Shown here: piece after piece, positions 28,407 through 43,290 of the stretch
Layout: each line of letters opens with the position of its first letter
How positions within the stretch are numbered: the stretch's first letter is position 1
From: the human T2T-CHM13v2.0 reference genome, Homo sapiens
Assembly: GCF_009914755.1 (NCBI RefSeq)
Contig: NC_060933.1
Length of the DNA: 64,000 bases
Strand: one strand, 5' to 3'
Position numbers and translations under genes: made by a program
Notes under the pieces: model-generated
Seen by the model: only the letters and a program-made list of their open reading frames with translations
What the model was told of the DNA's origin: nothing
Databases searched by the model: none

Positions 28407-28860
28407 GGGAAGATGAACAATAAGTGAGAAATGGAATACATGAATAGAATGACTTTTAAAATGAGTAGTAAGTGCTACAAAGCACACTTACAGTGTTGTG
28501 TGTTGCAGGACAGGCAGGGGAAGATGAACAATAAGTGAGAAATGGGATACATGAATAGAATGACTTTTAAAATGAGTAGTAAGTGCTACAAAGCATACTT
28601 ACAGTGTTGTGTGTTGCAGGACAGGCAGGGGAAGATGAACAATAAGTGAGAAATGGGATACATGAATAGAATGACTTTTAAAATGAGTAGTAAGTGCTAC
28701 AAAGCACACTTACAGTGTTGTGTGTTGCAGGACAGGCAGGGGAAGATGAACAATAAGTGAGAAATGGGATACATGAATAGAATGACTTTTAAAATGAGTA
28801 GTAAGTGCTACAAAGCACACTTACAGTGTTGTGTGTTGCAGGACAGGAAGAGGAAGATGA
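28407..28860. repeat. 111-bp minisatellite, 4 copies, in L2-like sequence
   Basis: Unit starts at 28407, 28518, 28629 and 28740; copies nearly identical. Confidence 0.97.
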
Positions 28861-28930
28861 CTGCTAGACCTGGTGGGAGTAACAGGGTTGACAGATTTTA
28901 GGGAGTGGGGAGTAGTGTTTCTATTGAGAT

Positions 28931-28944
28931 CCACCAGGTGGGGC
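28931..28944 (+). promoter_or_regulatory. Candidate CTCF site
   Basis: CCACCAGGTGGGGC, one mismatch to CCACCAGGTGGCGC. Confidence 0.35.
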
Positions 28945-29189
28945 CTCTAGATGCATAACTAAGGGGGCTAGGTATCCATTTGCTTGTGCACTTGAATTGT
29001 TTCTTCTAACAAGCAGCCCAAGTTCTACTTTGAGTATAGTAGATATGAGAATTGTTATGTAATTGTTCATTTAATACGGGATTGGGGGACGGGAGTGACA
29101 GGACATGGAAAGACCATTTTTCAAACCTTGTATTGTGTACTAAGCACTCACACCTCTCTTGTCTCCTCCCTCCCCCTAGTGCAGGGTGG

Positions 29190-29954
<765 letters not shown>

Positions 29955-30333
29955 AGCAACATAGGTAAGAATGAATAAAGCTGGAACCTGCCCTCAACTG
30001 GGTCAGAAGTTTGTTGGTGGAGAAGTGGGAGACCAAAACATGCCTCCCCAAAATATAAAGGATTATCAAGTTGAAGATAATTAAACAGATGCAGGACAAC
30101 TCTCTGTCCTTCTATTTGCATAGAAGCAGGACATAAATTTACAAAGACCAAAGGTATCCTGCCCCCCTCTCTACCAGGGAGAACAAATGTTAACCACTGA
30201 GGACAGCTTTTAGACCCACCATTGGCCTGGAGATGATACAAGAGAAACATGTAATAGCAAGCTTTACTAACTAGCTGTTATTTGCCAGTTATTTGTCTTT
30301 CCCTGTGCTGCTGCCCAGAGACACTCAAATTAC

Positions 30334-31775
30334 TGTTAATGGAAAAGTCAAATTTTGTAATATATTTTAAAGAGGTTTTTTGAGCACTGATATGAGTGAC
30401 CACGGACTGGAGAAAACACAAACCCAAGAAGCCTTGAGTAAGTGGTCCTGAGGTGGGTAGATCAGTTTGGTTTTACACAATGTAGGTAGGCAGGAGTTAC
30501 AGGCAAAGACACAAATCAATACATGGGAGGTATACACTGGTTCAGCCCGAAAAGGTGGGAATCTCAAAGTGGGGGCTTGCAAGTCATAGGTAGGTTTTAG
30601 GGATGTAGTTGAAAATTGGTTGAGAAGAGAGTCAAACTATCATCAGTAGAAAGAATTCTTGAATTAAGATAAAGGGGTTGTGGAGGCCATGGTTCTTGTT
30701 ATGTAGATGAAGCCTTTTAGGTCACAGACCTCAGAGAATAGATTGTAAATGTCTCTTTTCAGACTTTTAAAGGCATCAGACTCTTAATCTCTCCTAGATC
30801 CTAGAAAGGCCTAGAAGAAAAGGCCTGGCTGCAATAATGGAGATTCACTGTAGGTGTAAAATTTCCCCGCAAAAGATGGCTTTGTAGGGCCATTTCAAAA
30901 TATGTTAAAGAAATATATTTTGAGGTAAAAAATTCTTATTTCCTTCAGAGTCTGCTGTCATGTGACAGATCTGTCATGCTATATCAGGTTAGAAAGTAAG
31001 CCACATATCAGGTTAAAAAAGCCTTTTAATGAGATTTTATGGTTTGTAGGGTATGACTTCACCCCTTGCCTTGTGTGGCCTTAGGTCTTGTTTGTAATTT
31101 GGCATCTTATTACTACAGAGTCTGTTTTGTCAGTCCTATGATCTCTATTTTAACATTTGTGAAAGAGAAATATCTTGGTCCCCTTCATGCTGGGAACTGC
31201 TCAGGGCAAATCTGCCACCCCTTCTATTCAAAGTCATCCCTCTGCTCACTGAGATAGATGCATATTGCCTCCTTTGGAAAGGCTAATCAGAAACTCAAAA
31301 GAATGCAACCATTTGTCTCTCGCCTATCCTTGACCTGGAAGCCCCTCTCTGCTTTGAGTCTTCCTGCCTTTGCTTCAAGTTGTCCCGCCTTTCCAGACCT
31401 AACCAATAGACTTCTTATACTATATTGATTGATGTCTCATGCCTCCCTAAAATGTATAAAACTAAGTTATGCCCTGACCACCTTGAGTACATGTCCTCAG
31501 GACTTTCTGAGGCTGTGTCACAGGTGTGTATCCTCAACCTGGGCAAAATAAACTTTCTAAATTAACTGAGAACTGTCTCAGATTTTCAGGGTTCACACGT
31601 TCATGCTGGTCAGTTGTGCCTAAACTCCAAAAGGGATGGGATATCATGAAGCATGTCCTACTTCTTCCCGACGTGGCCAGAAATTCAGTTTTTCAGGTTT
31701 CTCTGGGGTCCTCTTGGTCAAGAGATGATCTGTTCTGTTGTTTGGAAGTGCTCAGGGTTTTATTTTTGGTTTATA
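30334..31775 (-). mobile_element. MER4D/E-like LTR (middle element of the nest)
   Basis: tgttaatggaaaag...ttttatttttggtttata termini; flanks ttac/gtac. Confidence 0.7.
31158..31597 (+). mobile_element. MER4A solo LTR (inner element of the nest)
   Basis: tgtgaaagagaaatatcttgg...gggttcaca; TSD catt/cgtt. Confidence 0.8.
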
Positions 31776-32049
31776 GTACTTTTCCTTTGTCTTGTTACTT
31801 CAGCAAAGAACAGTTTTTAGAGAAGTGATAAAAGTCGGAATTCAAAGACACCTCTTTGAGAACTACTCATCCTCTGGATGTCTCCCATGTATATGTTAAT
31901 AAACATATGTTTATTTTTCTCTTGTTAATCTGTATTTTGACACAGAGATTCATTCTTTCTACAAACCTGTGGGGTTGTTATTACTCCCCTACAATTTTTA
32001 AGTAGAGAAGAGTCACACAGGGTTGCATTTGGAGCACTCAGATTTGTGG

Positions 32050-32734
32050 CTGACTCTATCTTGCTTCTAGCCTCATGGGCTGTCTGTCTTTATTGACTTC
32101 TGGGCATAGGCCAAGCTAGCCATGGAGGAGATTTAGTTTATAGTTTAACTTGACAGCAAGCATAATAGTCCCTCCCTAAAACTAACTGCCTCCTTGCTCA
32201 GAGATCAAAAACTAATGAGAAGCCCTGAGATTAGGATGATGACAGTGTCCTGGATTCTGCTAAAATGTAGGCATAGTTTCTATAATCCCTTACTGCTCAG
32301 GAGTCATGGGGTCAGAGTTGCAAGATTTGTGACTTCCCCAGTTGCACCTATAGATAACATCAGTATTGTAGAACCTAAGATTGGTCTTTCATGATGCTTT
32401 TCAGACTGAGCCCACCTGGACTCATGAACCATGACTCAACTAGTCCTGTGGACCCCCGCCCAAAGGTGGACTCAGTGCACAAGGATTGTTTGCTACACCC
32501 CTATGATTGCATCCCCAACCAATCAGCAGCACCCATTCTCTAGTCCCCTGCCCACTAAACTATCCTCAGAAAACCCTAACCTCTGAGCCTTTGGGGAGAC
32601 TGATTTAAGTCATAACTCCATCTTCTGTGTGACCAGCCTCACGTTAATTAAACTCTTCCTTTACTACAATACCACAGTCTCAATGAACTGGTTTTGTCTG
32701 TGCAGCAGACAGGGAGAAACCATCTGGCAATTAT
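32050..32734 (+). mobile_element. LTR8-family LTR
   Basis: gggcataggccaagcta...tttagtttatagtttaac...ccaaccaatcagca...ggcaattata. Confidence 0.7.
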
Positions 32735-33148
32735 AGGGTCAGCAGAAAGGAATGTTATCTCTTGTGAGTTTGACTTTCTCCAGGCCCCTCAGGAAGAAAC
32801 TTAGAACAATGAACTGTGGCCAGAGTACAGTCCCCAGCTCCCCCTTATTTGAGGTCTATGTGCTAGTGGATATGTTTGGGCGGTGTCGGAGTTTCTGAAA
32901 AATAACTCAGACATATGTTAAGATGTTGTTTTTACTTTCTGTAGGGGAATCGAACATCTCCTGACTCTAAATTTCTTGGCTATTGTTTTAGTCTACTATT
33001 ACCTTCTTGCTTATCAAGTTGTTTATTTATTTCTCAGGGCTAGCTAGGTACCTGGAATTTCCCTTGAAGGAACTCAAGACTTCCCTATATTTCCATGTTT
33101 GGGGGGTTGGGTAGCAGGCCTTTAAGAGGGGCTCCTTGCTCTGTCTCA
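32735..33148 (-). mobile_element. MER39-family LTR fragment
   Basis: ctggaatttcccttgaaggaactcaaga...tgctctgtctca. Confidence 0.75.
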
Positions 33149-34099
33149 AATCCAAGAAACCAGTCCCATAGCCATTGAGATCTTGTTCCAGATGAAACAA
33201 GGAGCTGAGACTGAGTTAGGTCACCTTGTAACTGGATTTATTCAGGCTCTGGAAGGGCCTTAGTAGGAAGAACTGTTTGAAGGTTTAAAGAAAGACAGTA
33301 TGGCCAGGCTTGGAAGTCTGGGAAGGGGCACCCCGTGTCCTGTATATGCTTGAGTTGACTTTACTGAACCTGACCAGATAAACCTTTTCATGAGTTTCCT
33401 CCCCCGGTAGTAATTACAGATTTCCATGAGCTGGCCTGCTCACTCTCACTGTGCAAGCATTTTCAAGGTCAGAGGTGAGGCCTACATTCAGGGAGCACTG
33501 ACCCAGCTTGGAGCTAATTGGCCTGAAATGGTAGTTAGTGGGATTAGAGGGGAAGGGAGGGTGGCTGGCTTCAATTTTTAGCACATCATCACCCCTCCTC
33601 TCTACACTTGGTTTCTTGCTCATGAACATATGTAGACTTTCTAAAAGTGTTGGAGAACTTTTGATGGGAAGAGCAAAAACAGTGCCATTGATTGTTAGCC
33701 ATTTGGATGATTCTATTTTTAGCAAGCAGGGAGAGCAGATTTGAGATTGAATGTCACCAGAGACCAAGTCTGCATGTCTCCTTAACCTCATTTGAGAGCA
33801 GTGGTTTTGAAACTACTTTAGAAACAGAACTTTTTTATTCCTTGTAACTGTTTCACATACTGAGCTTTTGTGTGAAAAACGGTGCTCTTGCTGTTTGGGG
33901 GTGGGGAGGGTCATGATCACGATCCACTTCTACATGGGGCCCCCTCTCTACCCATAAGTACTGTGTGGAACCATGGAGCACTGTTCTTGAGAAGCCATTT
34001 GGAAACCAACGTTTTGGTATATAAAAAAGATACACCAACTTATGTCCCATACAGATGGCAACTGTTAGCAAATCATGTACTCCGGAAAGCTATCCGTGT

Positions 34100-35800
34100 T
34101 GTCTTCATATCCTAATCAAGTAAAATTGGAAAAAACAGATAAAATACAAAACATAGACCGCTGTGCAAATGCTCAACAACTTGGATTTTAACATATACAT
34201 AAGCTGTAAATTGAGTATGTTAAATCATGAGGAAGCACAAGTTCTTTGGAAGATAGGGATGTCTCTGCAGCCGGTCTAATTCATGGCTTCCTGTTGGGGA
34301 GAGGCTGGTAGCTTATGCTTTGGCTCTGCCTGCCTTGCTTTCTTTTACAATTATCTTCGTGGAAGCAAAGCAGCCACAAATGAACTTCAGGTAAGCTGGC
34401 GAGTACTCCAGCAGCCTTTCAGGGTGAGTCAGTCTGCGTCTTCAAGGCAGCAATTTGGAGACTGTAATGGGAAATCTGTTTGTTTTCTTCTTCCCACTCC
34501 CCAGCCCTGAGCCTCCCCTCAGAGATGGAGAATTAGTTAAAAAAAACAAATGAAGGAAATTCCCCTAAGAACCTTCCCGGGGAACAACAAAAACATCCAT
34601 TGTAAACAGCAGGTTTGTCTTCTGACAGGTTTTGTTTGCAAATGATAACAATTACAGGTAATTTTTCATTTCAATTGGAGGAGCAGGTATTAAAAGAGAG
34701 GGTTGGGGAGAGAAAGAATGAGAGCAGTGAGATCTCCCAAGTGCCTTATTCACTCCCAGGTCTACAACCTAACACGAGTGTGGAGGGCTAGGTAGCGGCT
34801 CCTCATTCCATTAAGTGAGATCTAATTGTGGCTGCTCGGTCTGTTGGCAGATGCAGTTCCTACATAAAAACAGCCCAGAGACAGAGCTGCGTGATTAATG
34901 CCTCCAGCTGTCATATGCCCCATTATCTGTGCATTTGCATAACTGAATGGTTTAGGACAGGGGAGAGAGGATGCTTAATTTAATGTTTAGCAGGCCCTTG
35001 ATAGCTGAATAATTTAAGAACTGTCAAGGGGGGTCAGTCCTACAGCGATTCAGCAAGACAGCTATGATTTCTGCATATCGTTAAAATTCTTACTTAGGAG
35101 AATTTTTTTTATTTTTATTTTTTTAAGGATAAAGAAAAGAACAACAATGCCGGAAAGCAAGCACTGATTTTTCTCCATTTAACCATTTCCTCCCAGAGGC
35201 AAATGGAAATTTGCTTTTGAGAGCAGTTAGATGTCTGAAGATACCTGGGAGGGAAAGTTTAAGCCTAACCCTTTCCTTCTCTTTCTTCCCCTCTGGATCC
35301 CAGGAATCTCTTCCCTCCCATTCTGATTTTGTATTCTCTTATTCTCTTTGTCCCCTCAACCATCTCACTCTTTATGCCATTTTATGACCCATTTACAATC
35401 CTCTCCTCATTCTACCTCCAACCTGTCATTTAGCTGAAAGGCAGTTGGGGGACGGACTGTGCAGGGGGTGGAGCACAATTTGCTTAAAATCAACTAACAG
35501 CCCAACCTGCTTTCAATAGGAAACACTGTCAGTTTCATTAGTTGCTAATGAATATTATTAAACTAATCTGTCATTTGTTTTCTAATTATGTGTCACCAGG
35601 CATCACAGTGGCAGCTGAGGTGACTGCTGGTGAGTAATTTCCCCACTTGCATCCCTTTTTTGAAATTCAGAATAAGAACAGCCAGGGATGATTAGCAATA
35701 ATTTGATCCTGAGTAAATCCCCCACACCCCATCCCAGCCTTTCAGTAATAATTTTTCTCCCACACATTAATAAGAGCCAAGATCTTTCTCACCACCTGCT
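34100..35800. promoter_or_regulatory. Repeat-free block, candidate enhancer or conserved non-coding element
   Basis: No recognisable TE; AP-1 TGAGTCA, FOX TGTAAACA, octamer ATTTGCAT and many TAAT cores. Confidence 0.35.
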
Positions 35801-35899
35801 TTGATAGTCCACCCCCATGGCGAGACCCTGGCCCCTGTGAAACTTGGGAAAGCCTCATTTCTGGAGTCTCCAGGTCGACCCAGAACACAACTTCCTATC

Positions 35900-36320
35900 A
35901 TTTTCCATCACAATTCTGTGAGTCTGGAATTTGGGCTGGACTCCACTGCTCCACGTTGCAGGGACTGGGTTGCTCAGTGGTGCTCATCTGGTCTGGAGGG
36001 TCCAGCTTGGTTTTGCTCACATGCCCAGTGCCTCTATGGGCTAGCTGGACTGCATGGCTCTGTGGGGGCTCTTCTTCCCCTCTGTGTTCTTTTTGGCAGT
36101 GTAGGTGACCTTCTAACATGACTGCTCGGGCTCTAAGAGTGGATTTTCCAAAGACCAGGAGTAGAAGCTGCCAGTGTCTAAAGACCTGGCTCCCATGGCA
36201 TCATTTCATTTCCCCCATACTCTATTAAACAATGCAGAGTCCACCCAGGCTCAAGAGGTGGAGTAGACGCTTGCAAATGGGCGGGTGTCAGAGCCTGTGG
36301 CCATTTGTAATCAACTTCTG
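35900..36320 (-). mobile_element. MLT1G/H-like MaLR LTR
   Basis: ttctgtgagtctggaatttgggctgg...agaagctgcc...gtggccatttgtaatc. Confidence 0.6.
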
Positions 36321-37200
36321 TGTCACCAAATGATCCATCACCAGTTCCCTGTCATAGTCCTCTGGACTTCTCTTTTCCCACCCCCACCTGATCCAGTCAG
36401 TTGGTTTCTCACCAACAATCTGAGTTCCCCACTACTTGGACCTTCTGCCAGAATTCTCCTGCAAATCCCCAAACATGAGCAATCTCTGCCTCTCCTTTCA
36501 TCTTTATTTGAGCTGCTGAGTGCAGCCCAGAAAAATTGCACATCCCCAGAGTGGCCCCACTACAAACAAATGAGTTCAGATCTCAACTGCATCCTCAAAG
36601 CTGCCTGGTCAGCTTTCTCTGTGTTTGAGTTCTCTCCAATTTCTGGTGATAGTTATTAGACATATTTATTCCCTTCTGGAGTGCCCAACCTAGCTTTTCC
36701 CCTCAAAGGACTTTATTTGATCTAATTCTTAGCAGATGGCCTTGCCTTCTTCTCAGAGGCATGAACATCTTCTGTAATGCGCACACACCTTCAAATCCCT
36801 CTTTGTGTAGAGATGTCTTTCTCTCTTTTTAGGTAAGTCCCTTCCACCAACTACATCCTTCATTTCCACTAACTTGTCCTAGAGGACTTACTACTATTAA
36901 TCACTCCTTCTCTGCGTCCATTCTCTTAGCTGACAAACATGCTCAATCTTGTTATTGAAATAATAACAGTGCTATGATTCTTGAAAGAGTTGTCTGCTTG
37001 ACTCCCCTGCTTGTTGCAATCAGATTCTTGGACCTTCCTAACATTGCCTTGGCAAAGGTTACCAGAAGCTCCTGATCACTCTATCCAAGGGCCAGTACTC
37101 AGCTCTTACCTTGCTTGGCTTTTTTGTACCATTGACTATTCCTTCTCTCTTAAATGGTCTCTTTCTCTCTCTTTAGCTGCTGTTATTCTATCATCTCTTA

Positions 37201-37543
37201 TGTCTTAGTCAATTTGCACTGCTATACAAAATACCATAAACTGGGTAGCTTATAAGTAACTGAAATTTATCTCTTACAGCTCTGGAGGCTGAGAAGTCAA
37301 AGATTAAGGCACTAGCACTCTGGTGAGGGCCAGATCATAGATGCTGTCTTCTTAATCCATCCTCATATGGTGGAAAGAGCAAACAAAACTCCCTCAAGCC
37401 TCTTTTATAAGGACAATAATCTCATTCATGAGGACTCTACCCTTATGACTCTATCACCTCCCATAGGCTTTACTATTTAATACCACCTTGGGGGTTAGGT
37501 TTCAGCATATGAATTTTAGGGAGACACAAACATTCTGATCACA
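37201..37543 (-). mobile_element. MLT1A-type solo LTR
   Basis: tgtcttagtc...gatcaca with 5-bp TSD tctta. Confidence 0.85.
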
Positions 37544-37565
37544 TCTTACTTCTTTTATCTCTATT

Positions 37566-38399
37566 TGAGATGGAGCAGGGATCCATCCCTCTTAGGGGCT
37601 TGCCAGGCTTCCCAAGCACGGAAGTAAAGGAAAACCTTGAGTTCCTTCAAGGGAAATTCCAGTTACCTAGCAAGCCCTGAGAAGTAAATGAGCAACCTGA
37701 GAAGCAAGAAGTTTTTCAGAAACCCAGACCCCCACCAAATGAATCCACTGGCACATAGACCTCAGACAAGGGAAAACTGAGGGCTGACCTGACTTCTGAT
37801 CACCATTCTTTATTCTAAATTTCTTTCTGAGGGTCCTGGGAAAGTCATGCCCACAGTCCAGATAATAATACAGTTTTTTTTTTCTGCTGACTCCACATTT
37901 TTAGACAAAGCTTCACTTAATTACAAATCAGAGTCTTTGAATCCACCTATCACCTGTACATCTCTGCTTCATGATAGCCTGCCTTGTTAGGCCAAACCAG
38001 TGTGTAACCCTCATATGTTGATTTATGATTTTGTCTGTAACTTCTGCTTTCCTGAAATTTACCCCTGCCCTTAGACCATTATCTGGTCTAAAATGTCAAT
38101 AGTGCTGAGTTTGATAGACTCTGCTTTAGATCAGTTTTCATACTACTATTCTTTTGTACTTACCTCTTACGTATCTTCCACATGGCATTTTGTTTATTTG
38201 AACCCTGCACTTCCATGTTTAGACTATGTGAACTAAAGGACAGAATTTTATTTTCTTTTCTATTCTGTAAGCCATCACTGAAGCTGCCCACTGCTTTCTT
38301 GGTGCCTTGCAAATTCTCCTTTTTCTCTCTGCAAAACCTTGGTGTGGATGTTTGGCTTTACTGTGCCAGTTAAGTGGATCCCAGTTGGGTTTGGTAACA
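37566..38399 (+). mobile_element. MER39 solo LTR carrying a 180-bp foreign insert
   Basis: tgagatggagcaggga...gggtttggtaaca; flanks tatt/tgtt. Confidence 0.8.
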
Positions 38400-39289
38400 T
38401 GTTTCTTTTCAGAATTATTTTGGAGTTTTTCTTTTTCCCTGACCTCTCCCTTTCCCAAATGTTAATAATGTTCCCCTGAAATCTGTTTTCTCTTCTCCTT
38501 CCATGATGTAATTCATGGATGTGTCAGTTGCTGCCTCTTGTGGAGACTCTCAAACAGATCTAGCCCCAGTCTCTGCTAACAAGTTTATATGCACACATAG
38601 ACATATATGTACATACACACATATGTTTACACACATGTAAGGTTACCCAGTAGATATCTTTACCTGGATGTCTTACAGGCAGCTGAAACTTCACATATCT
38701 AAGGGATGACCTACTTTTCAGCCAGCTCCATTTACTCCTGTTTCCAGCCTGCAATCTGCAATTCTTGCATTCTTCCTTTTCTTTGCCTTCCATGTTCACT
38801 TAATCACTAAATTCTATTGATTTCCTCTCCTTAAGTATCTCTCATCTTGCCTTCATGGCCTTCATATTGATCCTCATTATCTGATCATAATGATGGCAAC
38901 TAGTTAGGAAACTGGGTTTCCCTTATTTTAATCTCCTCTGCTCTTACTCTGTTATTTCAATAGCCACTAGAGAAGTGCCTCCAAAATGCTTATTTGAATA
39001 AATCATTGCCCTATTCAAAATCCTTCAATGACTTTCCATTGCCTAAAGATTAAAGTTTAAACTTTTATTCTGGTGTATTACATACTTTCTGCCTTCAAGA
39101 TTCATAGCCCTCGCACTCCCCCTCATCCTCCTCACACTCTAGGCTCCAGCTCCATTGCTTTCTTATGCCTTCATACCTTTGCATATAATTTCTCTGCCTA
39201 GAATCCCTATCTTTCTCTTTTGTTAGGCAATTCCTACATATATATTAATTCTCAGCTTAAGTTTCTTCAAGATACTTTAGATCTTGCTC

Positions 39290-39455
39290 CTTGGGAGACA
39301 TTTGGCAATGTCTGGAGAAATTTCTGGTTGTCACAAGTTGGGGGTGCTAATGGCCAGGGATGGTTCTAAACATCCTTCAGTGTCCAGGACAGCACCTCAC
39401 AACAAAGAATTATCTGGTCTAAAATTCCAGTAGTGCTGACTTTGATAAACTCTGC
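39290..39455. mobile_element. MER20
   Basis: gacatttggcaatgtctggaga...acaacaaagaattatctgg. Confidence 0.85.
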
Positions 39456-39915
39456 TTTAGATCAGTTTTCACACTACTATTCTTTTGTACTTATCTCTTA
39501 CATATCTTCCACATGGCATTTTATTTATTTGAACCATATATTTGCCTCTTTAGATTATGTGAACTAAAGGACAGGAGTTTATTTTCTTGCTTATAGAACA
39601 TCTTAAGAATTATTTATTAAAAATGACTTTGGTTGATGTCACTCCTAAATTTCTTTTGTCTACCATATTGGTTGTTCATGAAGCCATTATCAATCACTTA
39701 TACTTTACAGTGGATGAGGCTTGTTTGGTTTCTTGACAATAGATTGGTTGGTAAAGGAAGGTAGCTTAAGACGATGATAGGATGCTAAAGAAGCACTAAA
39801 GTTGTTGCTTGTTTCATGAGCTTCTGTTCCTGCTTCCTTGGATGTTTGGATTGTCTCTTTTCTTCTATTTAGTCCCAAACACTTTTCAGAACATCTCCAG
39901 GCAGCTTTTATTTAG

Positions 39916-40228
<313 letters not shown>

Positions 40229-40268
40229 GTTTCCTAAGATTTCTAACAGTAGAAATCTGAGGAAAAGA

Positions 40269-41212
<944 letters not shown>

Positions 41213-41843
41213 TGGCATTGCTATGGCACATTCTCTTTCCCAGGAATTTTTATGAGTTATTGAGGCTTATATTACCTTCCTGGAGATTAGGGTATAAATG
41301 CTAATAAATATGGTATTTTAATTCTAATACAAAGGAGAGAAAAGCAGTTGCTTATAGAGGTAAGAGTTTATAATTTTTCTGATTCAGAAGGCATTTGGGA
41401 TTCAATGAAAGATTCCCACCTCACCCCCTTAAATCTTTATAGCCTTCTTCCATTGAATGAATTGATAGGTTTGATCTAATTTTCTGTTCTCTAGAATTAT
41501 AAGCAAGTCCTGATTTTTTTTCTTTCTAATTGAGGCAATACGTTTCTGAGATACAACAACTCCAAATGTCAGCCACAGAGGTACCTGGTTGCTTTGACAA
41601 TCTTGCATGTTATATTAGCGTGAAATAATTATGCAGGAGCCAGAATAGCCTCACTTGTTCCATCACATAATCATCCACCAAGCAGGCATCTTTCCTGAGA
41701 AGCTATTTAAAACCTTCTGATGCCTTCTTATCATAATTAGAAGAAAATCCAAACTATTTACCCTAGCTTACTTTAGCCGCTGTTGTTGGTTCTGCTTGCC
41801 AGCCCCCGACCCATCCCCTACCATCTTACTCACTCTGCTTTAG

Positions 41844-42274
<431 letters not shown>

Positions 42275-42283
42275 TAGATGTAA

Positions 42284-42594
<311 letters not shown>

Positions 42595-43054
42595 TAAAGA
42601 TGATTTCTTAAATGAATCTACATGAAGTTGCTCCCCACCCCAAGTCATTCTCCATTCTGTAATTCTCTTTAACAAGTAATAGTTCATATTGCCACATGAT
42701 TTGAAATATATCATCTATTAGTTTACTTGTTGTTTATCTGCCTCTCACCACTAAAATGTAACTTCGACAGAAGCAGAGAATTTCTCCTTTCATCGCAGTT
42801 TTATATCCTAAGTATATCCTGAGTTAAGATATTCCCTGCAACAGGTGCCTGCAATAGGTACTTGTTGAATGACTTAATTAACTGTGTCCACTATGCTGGC
42901 TACTCAATTTGGCAAGTGTTTATTGTATATCCACTCTGTGCATGGTCCTGTGGTAAGGGACAAAGAGAAGTCAGCCACGATGCTTTTCTACACACTAGTG
43001 GAGTTCAATGTTGGGAGAATGGGCTGTGTCAATAGCTACAATCCCAGCCCCCCA

Positions 43055-43290
43055 CAATAATTAATTTATACTGAGCACTCAGGATGTGCTGGTTACTTTG
43101 CTAAGTGTCTTCAGACTTTATCTCATTGAATCCTTTCCACACATCATAACATAGGTGTTAGTAAACCCAATTTACAGATGAGAAAACTAAAACTTAGAGT
43201 GTTAGTAACTACTCTAAATCACACAGATATCAAATGACAGCCCAATATTGAATTTGAGTCTGAATCTAAAGCTGTTATTGTAACTTCTTC
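43055..43290 (-). mobile_element. MIR
   Basis: tttacagatgagaaaactaa core. Confidence 0.75.

Larger units (their letters stand above)
30016..31993 (+). mobile_element. MER34B/C-like LTR (outer element of a nest)
   Basis: accaaaacatgcctccccaaaatat start; resumes after 31776 and ends actcccctaca. Confidence 0.6.
36330..39290 (+). mobile_element. L2 relic interrupted by MLT1A and MER39
   Basis: Pyrimidine-rich L2 motifs (acctggatgtct, aaaatccttcaatgactttccattgcc). Confidence 0.7.

Noticed and set aside
28407-28860. CRISPR-like array or coding repeat (111 bp = 37 codons)
   Set aside because: Units are contiguous with no unique spacers, there are no cas genes, the context is primate, and no ORF is called across it; it is a VNTR
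33414-33791. 125-aa ORF in unique sequence
   Set aside because: No recognisable domain, no evident exon structure, and a length expected by chance
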